Assembly (NCBI GenBank): GCA_963667015.2
Contig: CAXXJJ010000001.1
Location: forward strand, 128,001-192,000
Length of the DNA: 64,000 bases
Reading direction: 5' to 3'
Source of the DNA: Desulfatiglandales bacterium
GTDB taxonomy: Bacteria; Desulfobacterota; DSM-4660; Desulfatiglandales; HGW-15
Position numbers and translations under genes: made by a program. Every line of letters starts with the position of its first letter. Position 1 is the stretch's first letter. Positions 1 through 10,959 of this stretch are shown here, in pieces. The notes under the pieces are model-generated. The model was not told the DNA's origin and searched no databases. It saw nothing but the letters and a program-made list of their open reading frames with translations.

Positions 1-847
1 TTAATTCGACGGGATTTCCATTCAGGGAGGATGACGCCCTTAAATATGTCTTTATATCTATCTCCTCTGCCTCTTCGATGCTGCTGACCCGGCCTACTGC
101 CTCATCAATTATCCGGTTTATTCCGGTGACTTTTTTATCTCTGTATTCATTCTTTTCAGCTGTTATGGATTCCAGCATGCCAATATCCCTGAGGATATTT
201 TTCTGTTCAGCATTTAATTTTTCGATTGCATGATCAAGGTTTATGTTATCCAATCCACTGAAACCCTTGAAGATCTTCAATATACCGGGGATAGCCTCTG
301 TCCTTTTTTCTAAAAGGGATTTAAATCCATAGGCCATTTTTATCTCTGTGCTGTTTTTTATCTCATATTTTTCTTTTTTCCTGATCTGTTCTCTTTCCTC
401 AAGTCTTGTAATATTAAGGAGATAGGATGCCCTGCCCCTGTACCGTATCCTTCGCGCCTCTATACTGCAAAATATTGCTTCATCACTTTCGGTAAGCAGC
501 CGTGTATCATATTGCCCTTTGGTGACTTTGCCGGCGCTCCACTTGTTGTGAATAAATCTGACTTCCGAGAGGTTGTCGGGATGGATAAAATTGAGGAAGT
601 TCCTGTTTATCATCTCATCCGCCTTATAACCCATATACCCTAGAAATGTGTCATTAACCTCCAGAATTCTCCCATGCCAGATAAGAACTATCCCGGAAGG
701 GGTGTTTCCAAACAGGATATTTTTATCCTTAAACTCTTTTTTAAGGCGGGCATTTTCCTTTTTCAGGAGGGAGACAGTTTCTTTCTCTTTTTTATATTTT
801 TCTTTAAGTTGTTGATTCTTCTTTTCAAATTCTTCAAGCTTATTCAT
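1..847 (-). CDS. PAS-domain sensor protein (probable histidine kinase), runs off left edge; apparent 1-nt frameshift near start
   Basis: Open minus frame from ~838 to the window edge: coiled coil then PAS-like 'NTPSGIVLIWHGRILEVNDTFLGYMGYKADEMINRNFLNFIHPD'; ATG at 847 is one base out of frame. Confidence 0.6.
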   Translation of the reverse strand, partial: MNKLEEFEKKNQQLKEKYKKEKETVSLLKKENARLKKEFKDKNILFGNTPSGIVLIWHGRILEVNDTFLGYMGYKADEMINRNFLNFIHPDNLSEVRFIHNKWSAGKVTKGQYDTRLLTESDEAIFCSIEARRIRYRGRASYLLNITRLEEREQIRKKEKYEIKNSTEIKMAYGFKSLLEKRTEAIPGILKIFKGFSGLDNINLDHAIEKLNAEQKNILRDIGMLESITAEKNEYRDKKVTGINRIIDEAVGRVSSIEEAEEIDIKTYLRASSSLNGNPVEL

Positions 848-1010
848 TTAAACTGTTTCCCTGAACAGGTATTTTGTTATAGGTACGTTTCCATGGATCT
901 TTAGTCCTGGAAATCCGGAAAATGCTCTTGATGATGTATGTTATTTACCGTATCATAACCACCTTATTGCCTACAATAAAGAATGTTTTAAAATTAATCG
1001 AGGTAACAAT

Positions 1011-4000
1011 TTGTCAGACAACTCATCCTTTGTAAACCTTCATGTTCACACGGAATTCAGCCTTCTGGACGGGGCTATCACAATAAAAAAACTGATAAGC
1101 AAGGCAGCCAGCCTCAATATGCCGGGCGTTGCGGTTACCGACCATGGTAATATGTTCGGAGCTGTGCAGCTTTTTACTCATTCGGCAAAGACCGACGTCA
1201 GGCCGGTTATCGGTTGTGAGCTTTATGTGGCCCCGGGAGATCGCCGGGAACATGCCCCTTCAAAGGATGGCCAGCCAAACAATTATCACCTTGTTCTCCT
1301 TGTAATGAATGAAACCGGTTACAGAAACCTGAGCAGGCTTGTAACAATGGGCTACCTTGAGGGCTTTTACTACAAGCCAAGGATCGATATGGAAATACTC
1401 AGGGAATATAATGAAGGCCTTATAGCCCTTTCAGCCTGCATGAAGGGAATTGTCCCATATAACATCAGAAAAGGCCGCATGGATATTGCCGCTCAAAAGG
1501 CCAGGGAGTTTGAATCCATATTCGATGACGGAAGGTTTTATCTTGAGGTTCAGGCGAACGGCATGCCTGAACAGAATGATTTAAACAGAAAGATCAGGGA
1601 ATTATCCAACGAGTTATCTATACCCCTTGTAGGCACAAATGACTGCCATTATCTAAACAGGGAAGATTCAGAGGCCCATGATGCGCTGCTCTGCATCCAG
1701 ACAGGCAAGATAGTTGATGACCCTAACAGGATGAGGTTCTCAACAAATGAGTTCTATTTCAAGTCCAGAAAGGAGATGGAAGAAACCTTTGACGGTGATT
1801 ACTCCGATGCTCTGGACAACACGGTTGAAATTGCTAACCGATGTGAATATCAAATGGAATTCGGGAAATATAAATATCCCGTATATGACACGGCTCCGGG
1901 AAAAACCCTTGATGATATGGTAAGGGAGCAGGCCCGGGACGGCCTTAAAGAAAGGCTGGCACAGAGAGAAAAGGAAGACGGTCCTTTAAGTGAAGAGCTT
2001 ATCAGGGAATATGAAGAAAGGCTCGAGTATGAGCTGGATATAATAGTCAAGATGGGCTTCTCCGGTTATTTCCTTATCGTAGGTGATTTTATCGAATATG
2101 CCCGGAATGCGGACATTCCGGTTGGCCCAGGTAGAGGTTCGGCCGCGGGATCCCTTGCGGTTTACTGCCTTGGCATCACAAACCTTGACCCCATAAAATA
2201 TGACCTGATTTTTGAAAGATTTCTCAATCCCGAAAGAATAAGCATGCCTGATATTGATATCGACTTCTGCATGAACGGCCGGGATGATGTAATAAAATAC
2301 GTGTCGGACAAATACGGGTATGAGAACGTGGGCTACATTGTCACCTTTGGTACCATGAAGGCCCGCGGAGTTATAAGGGATGTGGGAAGGGTGCTTAATA
2401 TCCCCTATAACGATGTGGATAAAATCGCCAAGATGGTTCCCGAAGGGCCGAAGGTTACATTGGAAAAGGCCATGGAAGAGGAGCCGGACTTAAAGAAGCT
2501 TGAAAACGGCCAGCCGACCGAACGGACCCTTCTCAAAGTTGCCAGATCACTGGAAGGCATCTCCAGGCACTCATCAACCCATGCATCGGGAATTGTTATC
2601 TCGGATAAGCCACTTGTGGAATACCTGCCTGTTATCAAGGGGTCAAGCGATGAAATCATTACCCAGTATACAATGGACCAGGTCGAAAAGATCGGTCTTA
2701 TCAAGTTTGACTTTCTGGGACTTAAAACCCTTACCGTTATAAAACACGCCCTTAAACTCATAAAAGATTCAACCGGCGATGATATAGATATTGATAATAT
2801 TTCTCTAAAAGATCAGAAAACCTTCCAGCTCTCACAGGAAGGAAGAACCACAGGTGTTTTCCAGCTTGAAAGTGACGGCATGAAAGACCTGCTGCGGCGC
2901 CTAAAACCAGAGGATTTTGAGGATTTTGTCGCCCTTGTTGCCCTTTACAGGCCGGGGCCAATGGACTGGATACCTGATTACATTGACGGAAAACATGGAA
3001 AGAGAACGCCGAAATACCTTCATCCCAAGCTCGAGCCCATCCTTGGAAAGACCTATGGAGTAGCTGTATACCAGGAGCAGGTAATGCAGATAGCAAGGGA
3101 TCTGGCAGGTTTTTCCATGGGAGAAGCTGATGTTCTCAGAAAGGCCATGGGAAAAAAGAAGGTTGACCTCCTGGCAGAGCAAAAGGAAAAATTTCTTAAC
3201 GGCTGTGAAAAAAATAATATCAGCAAAAAGCTTGGCGAACAGATCTTTGCGTTTATTGAACCCTTTGCAGGATACGGTTTTAACCGGTCACATGCTGCAT
3301 GTTATGCACTCATAGGTTACCAGACCGCCTATCTCAAGGCACATTATCCTGTCCAGTTTATGGCGGCTCTACTGACCAATGACATGGGCAGCCCGGACAA
3401 AACCATTAAGAATATCGCGGAATGCCGCGAGATGGGTATAAAGATACTGCCCCCGGATGTAAACGAAAGTATGGCGGACTTTACTGTTATTGACGATGCC
3501 ATACGATTCGGCCTTGCTGCGGTAAAAAATGTCGGATTAAAGGCCGTTGAATCAATTATTGATATGAGGAACAAAGACGGCAAATTCAAGGACCTGTTTG
3601 ATTTTTGTGAAAGGGTTGACGGGTCAAAGGTAAACAAGAGAGTTCTTGAAGGTCTTATTCAGTGCGGGGCACTGGATTTTGCAGGAATAAACAGATCAGT
3701 CCTTTATGCCTCTGTCGATGACCTTATCCGGATGGCCGGAGCAAACCATGATCCAAACCAGCTTACAATCTTCAGCACCATGAAGGATGACAATAAAGGT
3801 ATGATGGCCCTTTTCCAGTTTCCCGAACTGGATGAATGGAGCGATAAGGAAAAACTGAAAAAAGAAAAGGAATCCCTCGGGTTTTATATTACCGGCCATC
3901 CGCTCAATGAATATCAGCAGGCGGTTGAGCGGTTTACAACGTCTTCTATTCACGGAATGCTTGAACTCGAAGACCGTTCAGAGGTCAAGATAGCCGGCGT

Positions 4001-4478
4001 GATCGCGAGTGTCAGTATGAAGCGGACAAAAAGGGGTGACAGGATGGCCATTGTTTCCCTTGAGGACCAGACAGGGTCCGCAGAGGCCGTCTTTTTTCCA
4101 GAGGCCTTTTCCAATTTTTCTCACCTGCTTGTGGGAGATGATCCGCTGCTTGTAACAGGCATTGCAGAACTGAGCGACAACAGGGCCAAAATTATCGCCA
4201 AAGAGGTGGAATCACTGGAAGTAAAAAGACAGAAATCCATACGGACAATTAAATTCAATCTTGATGAAAAAAAGATCAACAAAGAATATCTCGAAGAACT
4301 TAGAGATATCTTTTTCAAGTATACAGGAGAGAGCAGTGTTGAGTTCAGACTGGAAGTGGATAATGGAGAGGTATTCCATATATCTGCAAATGACCACTAC
4401 CGGGTGCTCCCATGCGAAGAAATGATGTGCGAGATAGAGGAAAGGACAGGAAAAAGAATTCCCTGCACCTACCATTAA
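1011..4478 (+). CDS. dnaE: DNA polymerase III alpha subunit
   Basis: PHP motif LHVHTEFSLLDG, GPGRGSAAGS, PDIDIDF, C-terminal OB fold. Confidence 0.98.
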   Translation: MSDNSSFVNLHVHTEFSLLDGAITIKKLISKAASLNMPGVAVTDHGNMFGAVQLFTHSAKTDVRPVIGCELYVAPGDRREHAPSKDGQPNNYHLVLLVMNETGYRNLSRLVTMGYLEGFYYKPRIDMEILREYNEGLIALSACMKGIVPYNIRKGRMDIAAQKAREFESIFDDGRFYLEVQANGMPEQNDLNRKIRELSNELSIPLVGTNDCHYLNREDSEAHDALLCIQTGKIVDDPNRMRFSTNEFYFKSRKEMEETFDGDYSDALDNTVEIANRCEYQMEFGKYKYPVYDTAPGKTLDDMVREQARDGLKERLAQREKEDGPLSEELIREYEERLEYELDIIVKMGFSGYFLIVGDFIEYARNADIPVGPGRGSAAGSLAVYCLGITNLDPIKYDLIFERFLNPERISMPDIDIDFCMNGRDDVIKYVSDKYGYENVGYIVTFGTMKARGVIRDVGRVLNIPYNDVDKIAKMVPEGPKVTLEKAMEEEPDLKKLENGQPTERTLLKVARSLEGISRHSSTHASGIVISDKPLVEYLPVIKGSSDEIITQYTMDQVEKIGLIKFDFLGLKTLTVIKHALKLIKDSTGDDIDIDNISLKDQKTFQLSQEGRTTGVFQLESDGMKDLLRRLKPEDFEDFVALVALYRPGPMDWIPDYIDGKHGKRTPKYLHPKLEPILGKTYGVAVYQEQVMQIARDLAGFSMGEADVLRKAMGKKKVDLLAEQKEKFLNGCEKNNISKKLGEQIFAFIEPFAGYGFNRSHAACYALIGYQTAYLKAHYPVQFMAALLTNDMGSPDKTIKNIAECREMGIKILPPDVNESMADFTVIDDAIRFGLAAVKNVGLKAVESIIDMRNKDGKFKDLFDFCERVDGSKVNKRVLEGLIQCGALDFAGINRSVLYASVDDLIRMAGANHDPNQLTIFSTMKDDNKGMMALFQFPELDEWSDKEKLKKEKESLGFYITGHPLNEYQQAVERFTTSSIHGMLELEDRSEVKIAGVIASVSMKRTKRGDRMAIVSLEDQTGSAEAVFFPEAFSNFSHLLVGDDPLLVTGIAELSDNRAKIIAKEVESLEVKRQKSIRTIKFNLDEKKINKEYLEELRDIFFKYTGESSVEFRLEVDNGEVFHISANDHYRVLPCEEMMCEIEERTGKRIPCTYH

Positions 4479-4494
4479 CCAGAAGATATTTTAT

Positions 4495-7218
4495 ATGACC
4501 AGTAAACGAACAATAATCGTTTCTTTAATAATTTTCTTTTCACTGCTTTTTACAGGTCTTGCTGCACTATCATGCTTTTTTTTGTTTGTCCCAGGATATA
4601 TTGAATCCGAAATCCTTCCTTCCATAAGCAAAGATACCGGCATTGAGATTTCTTCTCTGAAAGTCCGAAGTGTGGGACTGCGGGGAGCAGAAATAAGTGA
4701 TGTAAAACTCGGGCCGAATAATAATGAAGGACTCGTAATAGACTCCATTCGCCTTGATTATTCCATTTCCGGCCTGCTCGATCGAAAACTCGAAGGGGTT
4801 GCGTTAAGCGGGATATCAGTAACCCTTGAATACAAAGATAATCAGGTATCGGTTAAAGGCCTTGACGCGTTAATGACAAATCAGGAGCCCGATACAAAAA
4901 GTGGCAGTGATAAATCCAAACCTTTTAGGGTTAATAAAATATCAATAACAAATTCGGTATTGTCCTTAAATGTGAATGAAAAGGGATTAAGGGTTCCATT
5001 TGACCTGACAGCAACCGCCTTTGATCAATATCATCTGCCGGATAAATTCATGCTGGAGATATTTCCTGGTGACAACAGGGCTGTCATTGAGGGTAATATC
5101 ACTGGCAATAATGATATTTTATTAAAACTTACCTCCCATGCCCTTTCTCTGAAGATGTTCGAAGATGTTATAAATGAGATAGCCCCGCTTAATATTAAAG
5201 GACAGGCAGATATTGAAGTCTCTGCAAAACTTTCACAGGACCCGATTTCCATCACTGACATCTCTGCATCCTGCAGTCTGGAAAAAACAACCGTTGAATA
5301 CCCTGGCGCTGCGGTAAGGAATCCGGTTAACCCTGACAAAAGTGAACAGCCGATAACTATACAGGCTGAGTCAAAGGATCTGGAACACTGGGAGTATAAT
5401 GTTTCACAAACCTTATTGGATACCGAAACATTTCCCATAATACTTGAACTTTCCGGAACAGCAGAAATTTCCGGTGAGGCAATGAAAGGAAATATTAAGG
5501 CCGTAACCGGGTTTATAACCGGAAGTGACCAGTTTGAAATGATATGGAGTATAGCAGGAGAGGGACTGAAAGATTCCGATTACTATAAAGTAGTTATCAA
5601 TGGCAGGACTGAAACAACAGGTGATAAAGCATTGCCGGCTAAAGTTCATTTTGATGACATGCTGTATATCGCCTTTTCTCCCGAGGTCAATATTCAGTCA
5701 GAATACCGTAATGGCGCTATATCCGGGTCATATATTGTCAGTTTAAAAAATATTGAATCAGCATACAATGAGATGAACATATCAATGCCGATACTGTCTA
5801 TCGAAGGTAATGTCGATCAATCGGAGGGCAGTAAAGAAAAATTCGTTTCAATCTTTTCTGTTGAAGGTAAAGATATTGTATATACTGGGTTTGATGTCAT
5901 AATGAACATCCCGGACTACCGGATAAAAGGTTCCATGCAGTATGATATGAAAGAGTTTATTAATGCCGGCGCCATGATTTCTTTCAAAAACGGGAGACTT
6001 TCCATGGCAGAGAACTCATTGAATGTTAATAAAATCTCTGCAGACATTCCTCTTCATCTGCCCCTCTCTGAAAAAAGTCAGAAAGGAAAGCTGTCTATTG
6101 AAAAAATAAAATACGAAGACTACTCTCTGGGTCCGGTTAATATTGATATTTCACAAGAGGGCGGTAACGTACCATTTTCCGGAAATGTAATCTTTCCTGC
6201 TTTGCCTGATATGGCAGTCAATATATCCGGAAACGCGGCAATAGAACCCGTACCGGGTGAGGGAAAAATTATCATTGATGTTCCCGCGTACACACCCAAA
6301 TCCAGAATTGATTTAGGTAAATTTTTACCTGACCTGAAAGGTTTTTATTACAGGGGCAACCTTAAAGGCAGCGCGGATGTTGGTTTTTCAGATTCAGGGC
6401 TGCAGTCGCAATTGAACCTTGAAATAGACAACGGCACAATAGAAAACAGCGAAAATGATCTCAGCCTTGAAAATATAAGGTTATCTCTACGCCTTGAAGA
6501 CCTGTTATCCATGAAAAGCCCCTTTGGGCAGAGGCTGAAGATTGATAAAATCACCATTGGGGATATTAAGGCAGAAGATTTTACACTGGATTTCAAGGTA
6601 GATGGGGCCTCACTTCTTTTTGTTGAGAAGGGAAGTTTTAAATGGTGCGGGGGACATATCAATATTCAGTCATTTCGGATAAATCCTGAAAAGGAAGAAT
6701 ATGATCTTATCCTTTTCTGTGACAGGTTAAAGCTTTCCGAGATACTTGCCCAGTTTGGAGTAGCCAATGCCTCCGGAGGAGGAACCGTCAATGGTAAACT
6801 CCCAATAAAACTTTCAAAAAATAAAATCAGTTTCGAGGACGGATTTCTCTATTCAACACCCGGTGGCGGCGGAAAAATAAATATCACGGATACCGAAATC
6901 CTCACCAAGGGTCTTAATCCTGATTCTGCCGAATATGCACAGATGGATATAGCAAGGGAGGCCCTGAAGGCTTTCGAATATACCTGGGTAAAAATGTCAT
7001 TTGCGACTGAAAAGAATGAACTGGTGCTAAAACTGCAATTTGATGGCAAACCCGAAAACAGGCTCCCTTTTACATATAATGAACGTGTCAAACGATTCGT
7101 TCGAGTTCAAAACATTGCTGAAGGTTCCGATTTTGAAGGAATCAGCCTTGATGTCAATTTCAGGGTTCCCATTGATAGAGTCTTGAATATTAAAGATGTG
7201 TTAGATATGATGGAGTAA
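4495..7218 (+). CDS. ydbH: YdbH-like AsmA-superfamily intermembrane lipid transport protein
   Basis: N-terminal TM anchor, long beta-rich body, C-terminal GTVNGKLP...PGGGG segment; followed by YnbE- and YdbL-like genes. Confidence 0.8.
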   Translation: MTSKRTIIVSLIIFFSLLFTGLAALSCFFLFVPGYIESEILPSISKDTGIEISSLKVRSVGLRGAEISDVKLGPNNNEGLVIDSIRLDYSISGLLDRKLEGVALSGISVTLEYKDNQVSVKGLDALMTNQEPDTKSGSDKSKPFRVNKISITNSVLSLNVNEKGLRVPFDLTATAFDQYHLPDKFMLEIFPGDNRAVIEGNITGNNDILLKLTSHALSLKMFEDVINEIAPLNIKGQADIEVSAKLSQDPISITDISASCSLEKTTVEYPGAAVRNPVNPDKSEQPITIQAESKDLEHWEYNVSQTLLDTETFPIILELSGTAEISGEAMKGNIKAVTGFITGSDQFEMIWSIAGEGLKDSDYYKVVINGRTETTGDKALPAKVHFDDMLYIAFSPEVNIQSEYRNGAISGSYIVSLKNIESAYNEMNISMPILSIEGNVDQSEGSKEKFVSIFSVEGKDIVYTGFDVIMNIPDYRIKGSMQYDMKEFINAGAMISFKNGRLSMAENSLNVNKISADIPLHLPLSEKSQKGKLSIEKIKYEDYSLGPVNIDISQEGGNVPFSGNVIFPALPDMAVNISGNAAIEPVPGEGKIIIDVPAYTPKSRIDLGKFLPDLKGFYYRGNLKGSADVGFSDSGLQSQLNLEIDNGTIENSENDLSLENIRLSLRLEDLLSMKSPFGQRLKIDKITIGDIKAEDFTLDFKVDGASLLFVEKGSFKWCGGHINIQSFRINPEKEEYDLILFCDRLKLSEILAQFGVANASGGGTVNGKLPIKLSKNKISFEDGFLYSTPGGGGKINITDTEILTKGLNPDSAEYAQMDIAREALKAFEYTWVKMSFATEKNELVLKLQFDGKPENRLPFTYNERVKRFVRVQNIAEGSDFEGISLDVNFRVPIDRVLNIKDVLDMME

Positions 7219-7326
7219 TAAATTTAAGTGAATTGATCCCCTGCATTTTTACTGTTTTTTTGTGATATTTTGAGTTTTTTATAAGTTGGGTTGTCTATTA
7301 GTATGAATCATTTAAAGGAGATTATT

Positions 7327-7536
7327 ATGGCAAGGATTCTTTCAAGGGCAGTTATTTTCACAGGACTGTTGCTGTGTCTTAATGCCTGCAATACAAAACA
7401 CGCTATTGAGGTGGCACCGATTGAGACAAGGCATGTTGTCGAACCGATTCATATAACGATAGATATAAATGTCCGGATAGATAAGGACCTGGACGACTTT
7501 TTCGGCGACCTTGATGAAGCTGAGGAACAGTTGTAA
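7327..7536 (+). CDS. ynbE: YnbE-like lipoprotein
   Basis: Lipobox LNAC, PIHITIDINVRI motif, RBS AAGGAG before ATG 7327. Confidence 0.75.
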   Translation: MARILSRAVIFTGLLLCLNACNTKHAIEVAPIETRHVVEPIHITIDINVRIDKDLDDFFGDLDEAEEQL

Positions 7537-7588
7537 CATCCTGTAGAAAAATAAAAATACTTAAACTGGCAAATAGGGAGAGATAAAA

Positions 7589-7969
7589 ATGAATATAAAA
7601 AAATCCAGATTAATATTAATTTTAATAACATTAATAATATTGCTCGCGCAGAATGTCTTTGCTAAAAGCATTAAGGAAATTCAGGATAATATGAAAGATC
7701 GCCTGCCTGCTATTGTTGAACTTAAACAGGCTGGAATTGTCGGAGAGAACAATCTCGGGTACCTTGAATATGTTGGGGCAAGCAAAAAGAATGAAGATAT
7801 CGTTTCAGCCGAAAACAATGACAGAAAAATAGTATATGAAGCACTGGCTAAAAAAAACAATACCTCGGCAGAACTAGTCGGAAAGAGAAGGGCACTGCAG
7901 ATAGCCGAAAAGGCTGATCCTGGAGAATGGTTAAAGAACGAAAGCGGTCAATGGTATCAAAAAAAATAA
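7589..7969 (+). CDS. ydbL: YdbL family (DUF1318) protein
   Basis: Signal peptide, VGENNLGYL, ENNDRKIVY, C-terminal GEWL..GQW. Confidence 0.85.
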   Translation: MNIKKSRLILILITLIILLAQNVFAKSIKEIQDNMKDRLPAIVELKQAGIVGENNLGYLEYVGASKKNEDIVSAENNDRKIVYEALAKKNNTSAELVGKRRALQIAEKADPGEWLKNESGQWYQKK

Positions 7970-8022
7970 CCTCATAGCCTTCCTAAGGCTTTGATTTTTT
8001 AGGATTACGAATAATATCTTCT

Positions 8023-8048
8023 GTAGAGACGGGTTTCAAACCCGTCTC
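8023..8048. repeat. REP-like palindrome with GTAG foot
   Basis: GTAGAGACGGGTTTCAAACCCGTCTC between convergent genes. Confidence 0.7.
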
Positions 8049-8112
8049 CAGGATCAAAATCCATCCAGCTAAATCCAAAAACAACTGCTTTATTTTAAGA
8101 TAAACTGGTGTA

Positions 8113-10119
8113 TTAAGCCTTCACCTCGGCAGGAGTGTCCGGTTTATCCAGTATTTCCCTGATCAATTTTGTCAATTCACTCATTACAACAGGCTTGGAT
8201 ATATAGTGAACTCCCATATCTGTTGCGATTTCATTATTGATCTGGTCACTGTAACCGCTGCAGATGATTACAGGTTTACCGGGATCAACCTCCCGCACTT
8301 TTCCTGCCAGCTCAAGGCCGGACATCTCGGGCATTGTCATATCCGTAATAATCAGATCATACCAGTCACTATTTTTGTGGATCTCTTCATAGGCCGATAT
8401 GCTCTTGTTAAACACGGTAATATTATATCCATATTCGGAAAGAATCTTACTGGTTATATTGGTTATTCCGATTTCGTCATCAATAACAAGTATTCGTTCA
8501 TTACCTTCTCTTGGGGGATCCGGATGTGTTGAAACAGCATCGGCTTCTGTTTCTTTCACTGCCGTTGGGAAATAGATATGAAAGGTGGTTCCTGATCCCG
8601 CTCCGCTGGATACAGAAATATATCCATTATGGTGGGTGATTATTCCGTGTACAATAGCCAGACCAAGACCTGTACCCTCTCCTATTTCCTTGGTTGTAAA
8701 ATAGGGGTCAAATATCTTTTCCAGCGTTTCATCATCCATACCATGTCCCGTATCGGTCACATCCAGCCTGACATATTCCCCTGGCGGCATGTCCAGCTCT
8801 GAAGCAGAGTCGTCTTTTAAAATTTCAACATCCTTCAATGAAACGGTCAACTTTCCTCCGGATTTTTTCATGGCATGATATGCATTTGTACAAAGGTTTA
8901 TCACAACCTGGTGGATTTGCGACGAATCTGCAAGTACTGTTTTCTTTGAATCAATATCTATATTTATGGCAATTGATGAGGGGATGGTAGATTTAAGCAG
9001 GTTGACGGCCTCTTTAATGACAAGGTCTATCTGGATAAACTGCTTTTTATGTTCGGTTCTCTGGCTGACTGTAAGTATGTGGTTTATCAGATCCTTGGCC
9101 CTGTTGGCCGCTTGTTTCATTTCTTCCAGGTCCTCCATGATTTTATTCGTATCCGCAAGATCAAAGGAGGCAAGGTCAATGTATCCGAATATTATTGACA
9201 ATATATTATTAAAATCATGGGCAATGCCGCCTGCCAGCGTCCCCAGGGCTTCCATTTTTTGAGTCTGAAGGAGTTGTTTTTCCAGAAGCCTTTTTTCTTC
9301 TTCAGCTTTTTTTCTGTATGTAATATCTGTATAAATTGTTGCGAACTGACCGGATCCTGGGCTGTAAACCAGTATTTCAAAATATTTATCCAGTTGTTCA
9401 GAATAATGTTCGAAATATTCCGAGTCCCCTTTCAAGGCGACCTTTCCATATGGTTCTATCAGAGAAGCATCCATTCCGGGAATTAGTTCAAAGGCTGTTT
9501 TTCCAATGATTTTATCCTTTTTAATACCGGTCATCTCCTCAAAGGCGGCATTTACATCAAGAAACCTGAAGTCACAGGGATTGCCATTTTCATCACATAT
9601 TATTTCCTGAAGGGCAAAGGCATTAATCATTCTGGTAATCAGTGTACGATAGCGCTCTTCACTTTCCTTTAATTTTTTAGTACGCTGATCTACAAGTTTT
9701 TCAAGTGTTTCTTTGTATTTTTTAAGCTCATCTTCAGCCTTTCTGCGTTCAATTGCGTTCCTCACTGTCAGGGATAATGTTTTAAGATAAAAGCCGTCAG
9801 GGTCCTTTATAAGATAATCACTTGCACCCATCTTCATAGCCATTACAGCTGTTTCTTCGTTACCGCTTCCGGTAACAACGATTATCGGGGTATCGGTGAT
9901 ATCACTGAAAACATCCAGCGAGTTACCGTCACCAAGCACGTAATCGGAGAGTATTACATCAAAGGATTGTGATGCTATTATTTTTCGTGCTGATTCAGCA
10001 GAGTTGGCAAAGACATACTCATAATTAAGAGATTCCTTTTTAATAAATCTCTCATATGCCATCTTGTCTTCCTGGTCATCCTCGATTATCAAGACACGGA
10101 TTTTATTCCCGTCCATCAC
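8113..10119 (-). CDS. Hybrid sensor histidine kinase (REC-PAS-HisKA-HATPase-REC)
   Basis: GGIAHDFNNIL H-box, FDPYFTTK, GTGLGL, receiver domains at both ends. Confidence 0.95.
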   Translation of the reverse strand: MMDGNKIRVLIIEDDQEDKMAYERFIKKESLNYEYVFANSAESARKIIASQSFDVILSDYVLGDGNSLDVFSDITDTPIIVVTGSGNEETAVMAMKMGASDYLIKDPDGFYLKTLSLTVRNAIERRKAEDELKKYKETLEKLVDQRTKKLKESEERYRTLITRMINAFALQEIICDENGNPCDFRFLDVNAAFEEMTGIKKDKIIGKTAFELIPGMDASLIEPYGKVALKGDSEYFEHYSEQLDKYFEILVYSPGSGQFATIYTDITYRKKAEEEKRLLEKQLLQTQKMEALGTLAGGIAHDFNNILSIIFGYIDLASFDLADTNKIMEDLEEMKQAANRAKDLINHILTVSQRTEHKKQFIQIDLVIKEAVNLLKSTIPSSIAINIDIDSKKTVLADSSQIHQVVINLCTNAYHAMKKSGGKLTVSLKDVEILKDDSASELDMPPGEYVRLDVTDTGHGMDDETLEKIFDPYFTTKEIGEGTGLGLAIVHGIITHHNGYISVSSGAGSGTTFHIYFPTAVKETEADAVSTHPDPPREGNERILVIDDEIGITNITSKILSEYGYNITVFNKSISAYEEIHKNSDWYDLIITDMTMPEMSGLELAGKVREVDPGKPVIICSGYSDQINNEIATDMGVHYISKPVVMSELTKLIREILDKPDTPAEVKA

Positions 10120-10374
10120 ATCTCCTAGTCGTATATTTCGCTTAACGTCCAGTAGAGGCCTATTTTGCTTATAGTTGAAATGAACAAAAATTAAATTATA
10201 AAATAACTGAGAACAAATAACAGAGGATTAGGCTGATTGTTTTTTTAAAACATTGCGGCTCTAAGTTCAGTCCTTGAACCTTTATTGACTTTAGGGTTAG
10301 CGGTTGTTATATTTTTCAATCTATCACAAGCGAAATTTATCATATTATTATCAAATATTCAATGGAGGAAAATC

Positions 10375-10881
10375 ATGGGAAATCAGTCTTTTAAAAATCT
10401 GGCGGAGGCCTTTTCAGGTGAATCACAGGCAAACAGACGATACCTGGCGTTTGCAAAAAAGGCAGAAGAAGATGGATATCCTAATATTGCAAGGCTTTTC
10501 AGGGTTGCTGCTGAATCCGAAACCATCCATGCCATGAACCATCTGAAGGCGATGGACGGAATCAAATCTACCCTTGAAAATGCAAAAGAGGCGTACCAGG
10601 GTGAGAAGGATGAATTTACTGATATGTACCCCATGTTTATGGATCAGGCCAAAAGGGATCAGAATAATGCTGCCTTAAAAAGCTTTTTCTGGGCCAATGA
10701 GGCGGAAAAGGTCCATGGAGAATATTATGAAAAGGCCGTGAAGGCATTAGAGGGCGGCGGTGACATGGAGCTCGGGGATGTCTACGTCTGCGGCGTATGC
10801 GGTTTTACTGTTGAAGGAGCTCCGCCGGAAAAATGTCCCACATGCGGCCAGGGAAAAGAGAATTTCTCAATTGTAAAATAA
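10375..10881 (+). CDS. rbr: Rubrerythrin
   Basis: AFSGESQANRRY, EKVH, C-terminal CGVCG...CPTCG; RBS GGAGG before 10375. Confidence 0.93.
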   Translation: MGNQSFKNLAEAFSGESQANRRYLAFAKKAEEDGYPNIARLFRVAAESETIHAMNHLKAMDGIKSTLENAKEAYQGEKDEFTDMYPMFMDQAKRDQNNAALKSFFWANEAEKVHGEYYEKAVKALEGGGDMELGDVYVCGVCGFTVEGAPPEKCPTCGQGKENFSIVK

Positions 10882-10959
10882 TTTTACTTACAGAAACCTG
10901 CTCCGGCTTTTATGCCGGGGCGGCAAATCAATTTAAACCTAATTAACAGGTTGTATATT

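Noticed and set aside
674..904. 76-aa Phe/Leu-rich plus-strand ORF
   Set aside because: Antisense shadow of the Lys/Glu-rich coiled coil of the PAS gene
1011..4478. Intein in dnaE
   Set aside because: Normal length and no intein terminal motifs
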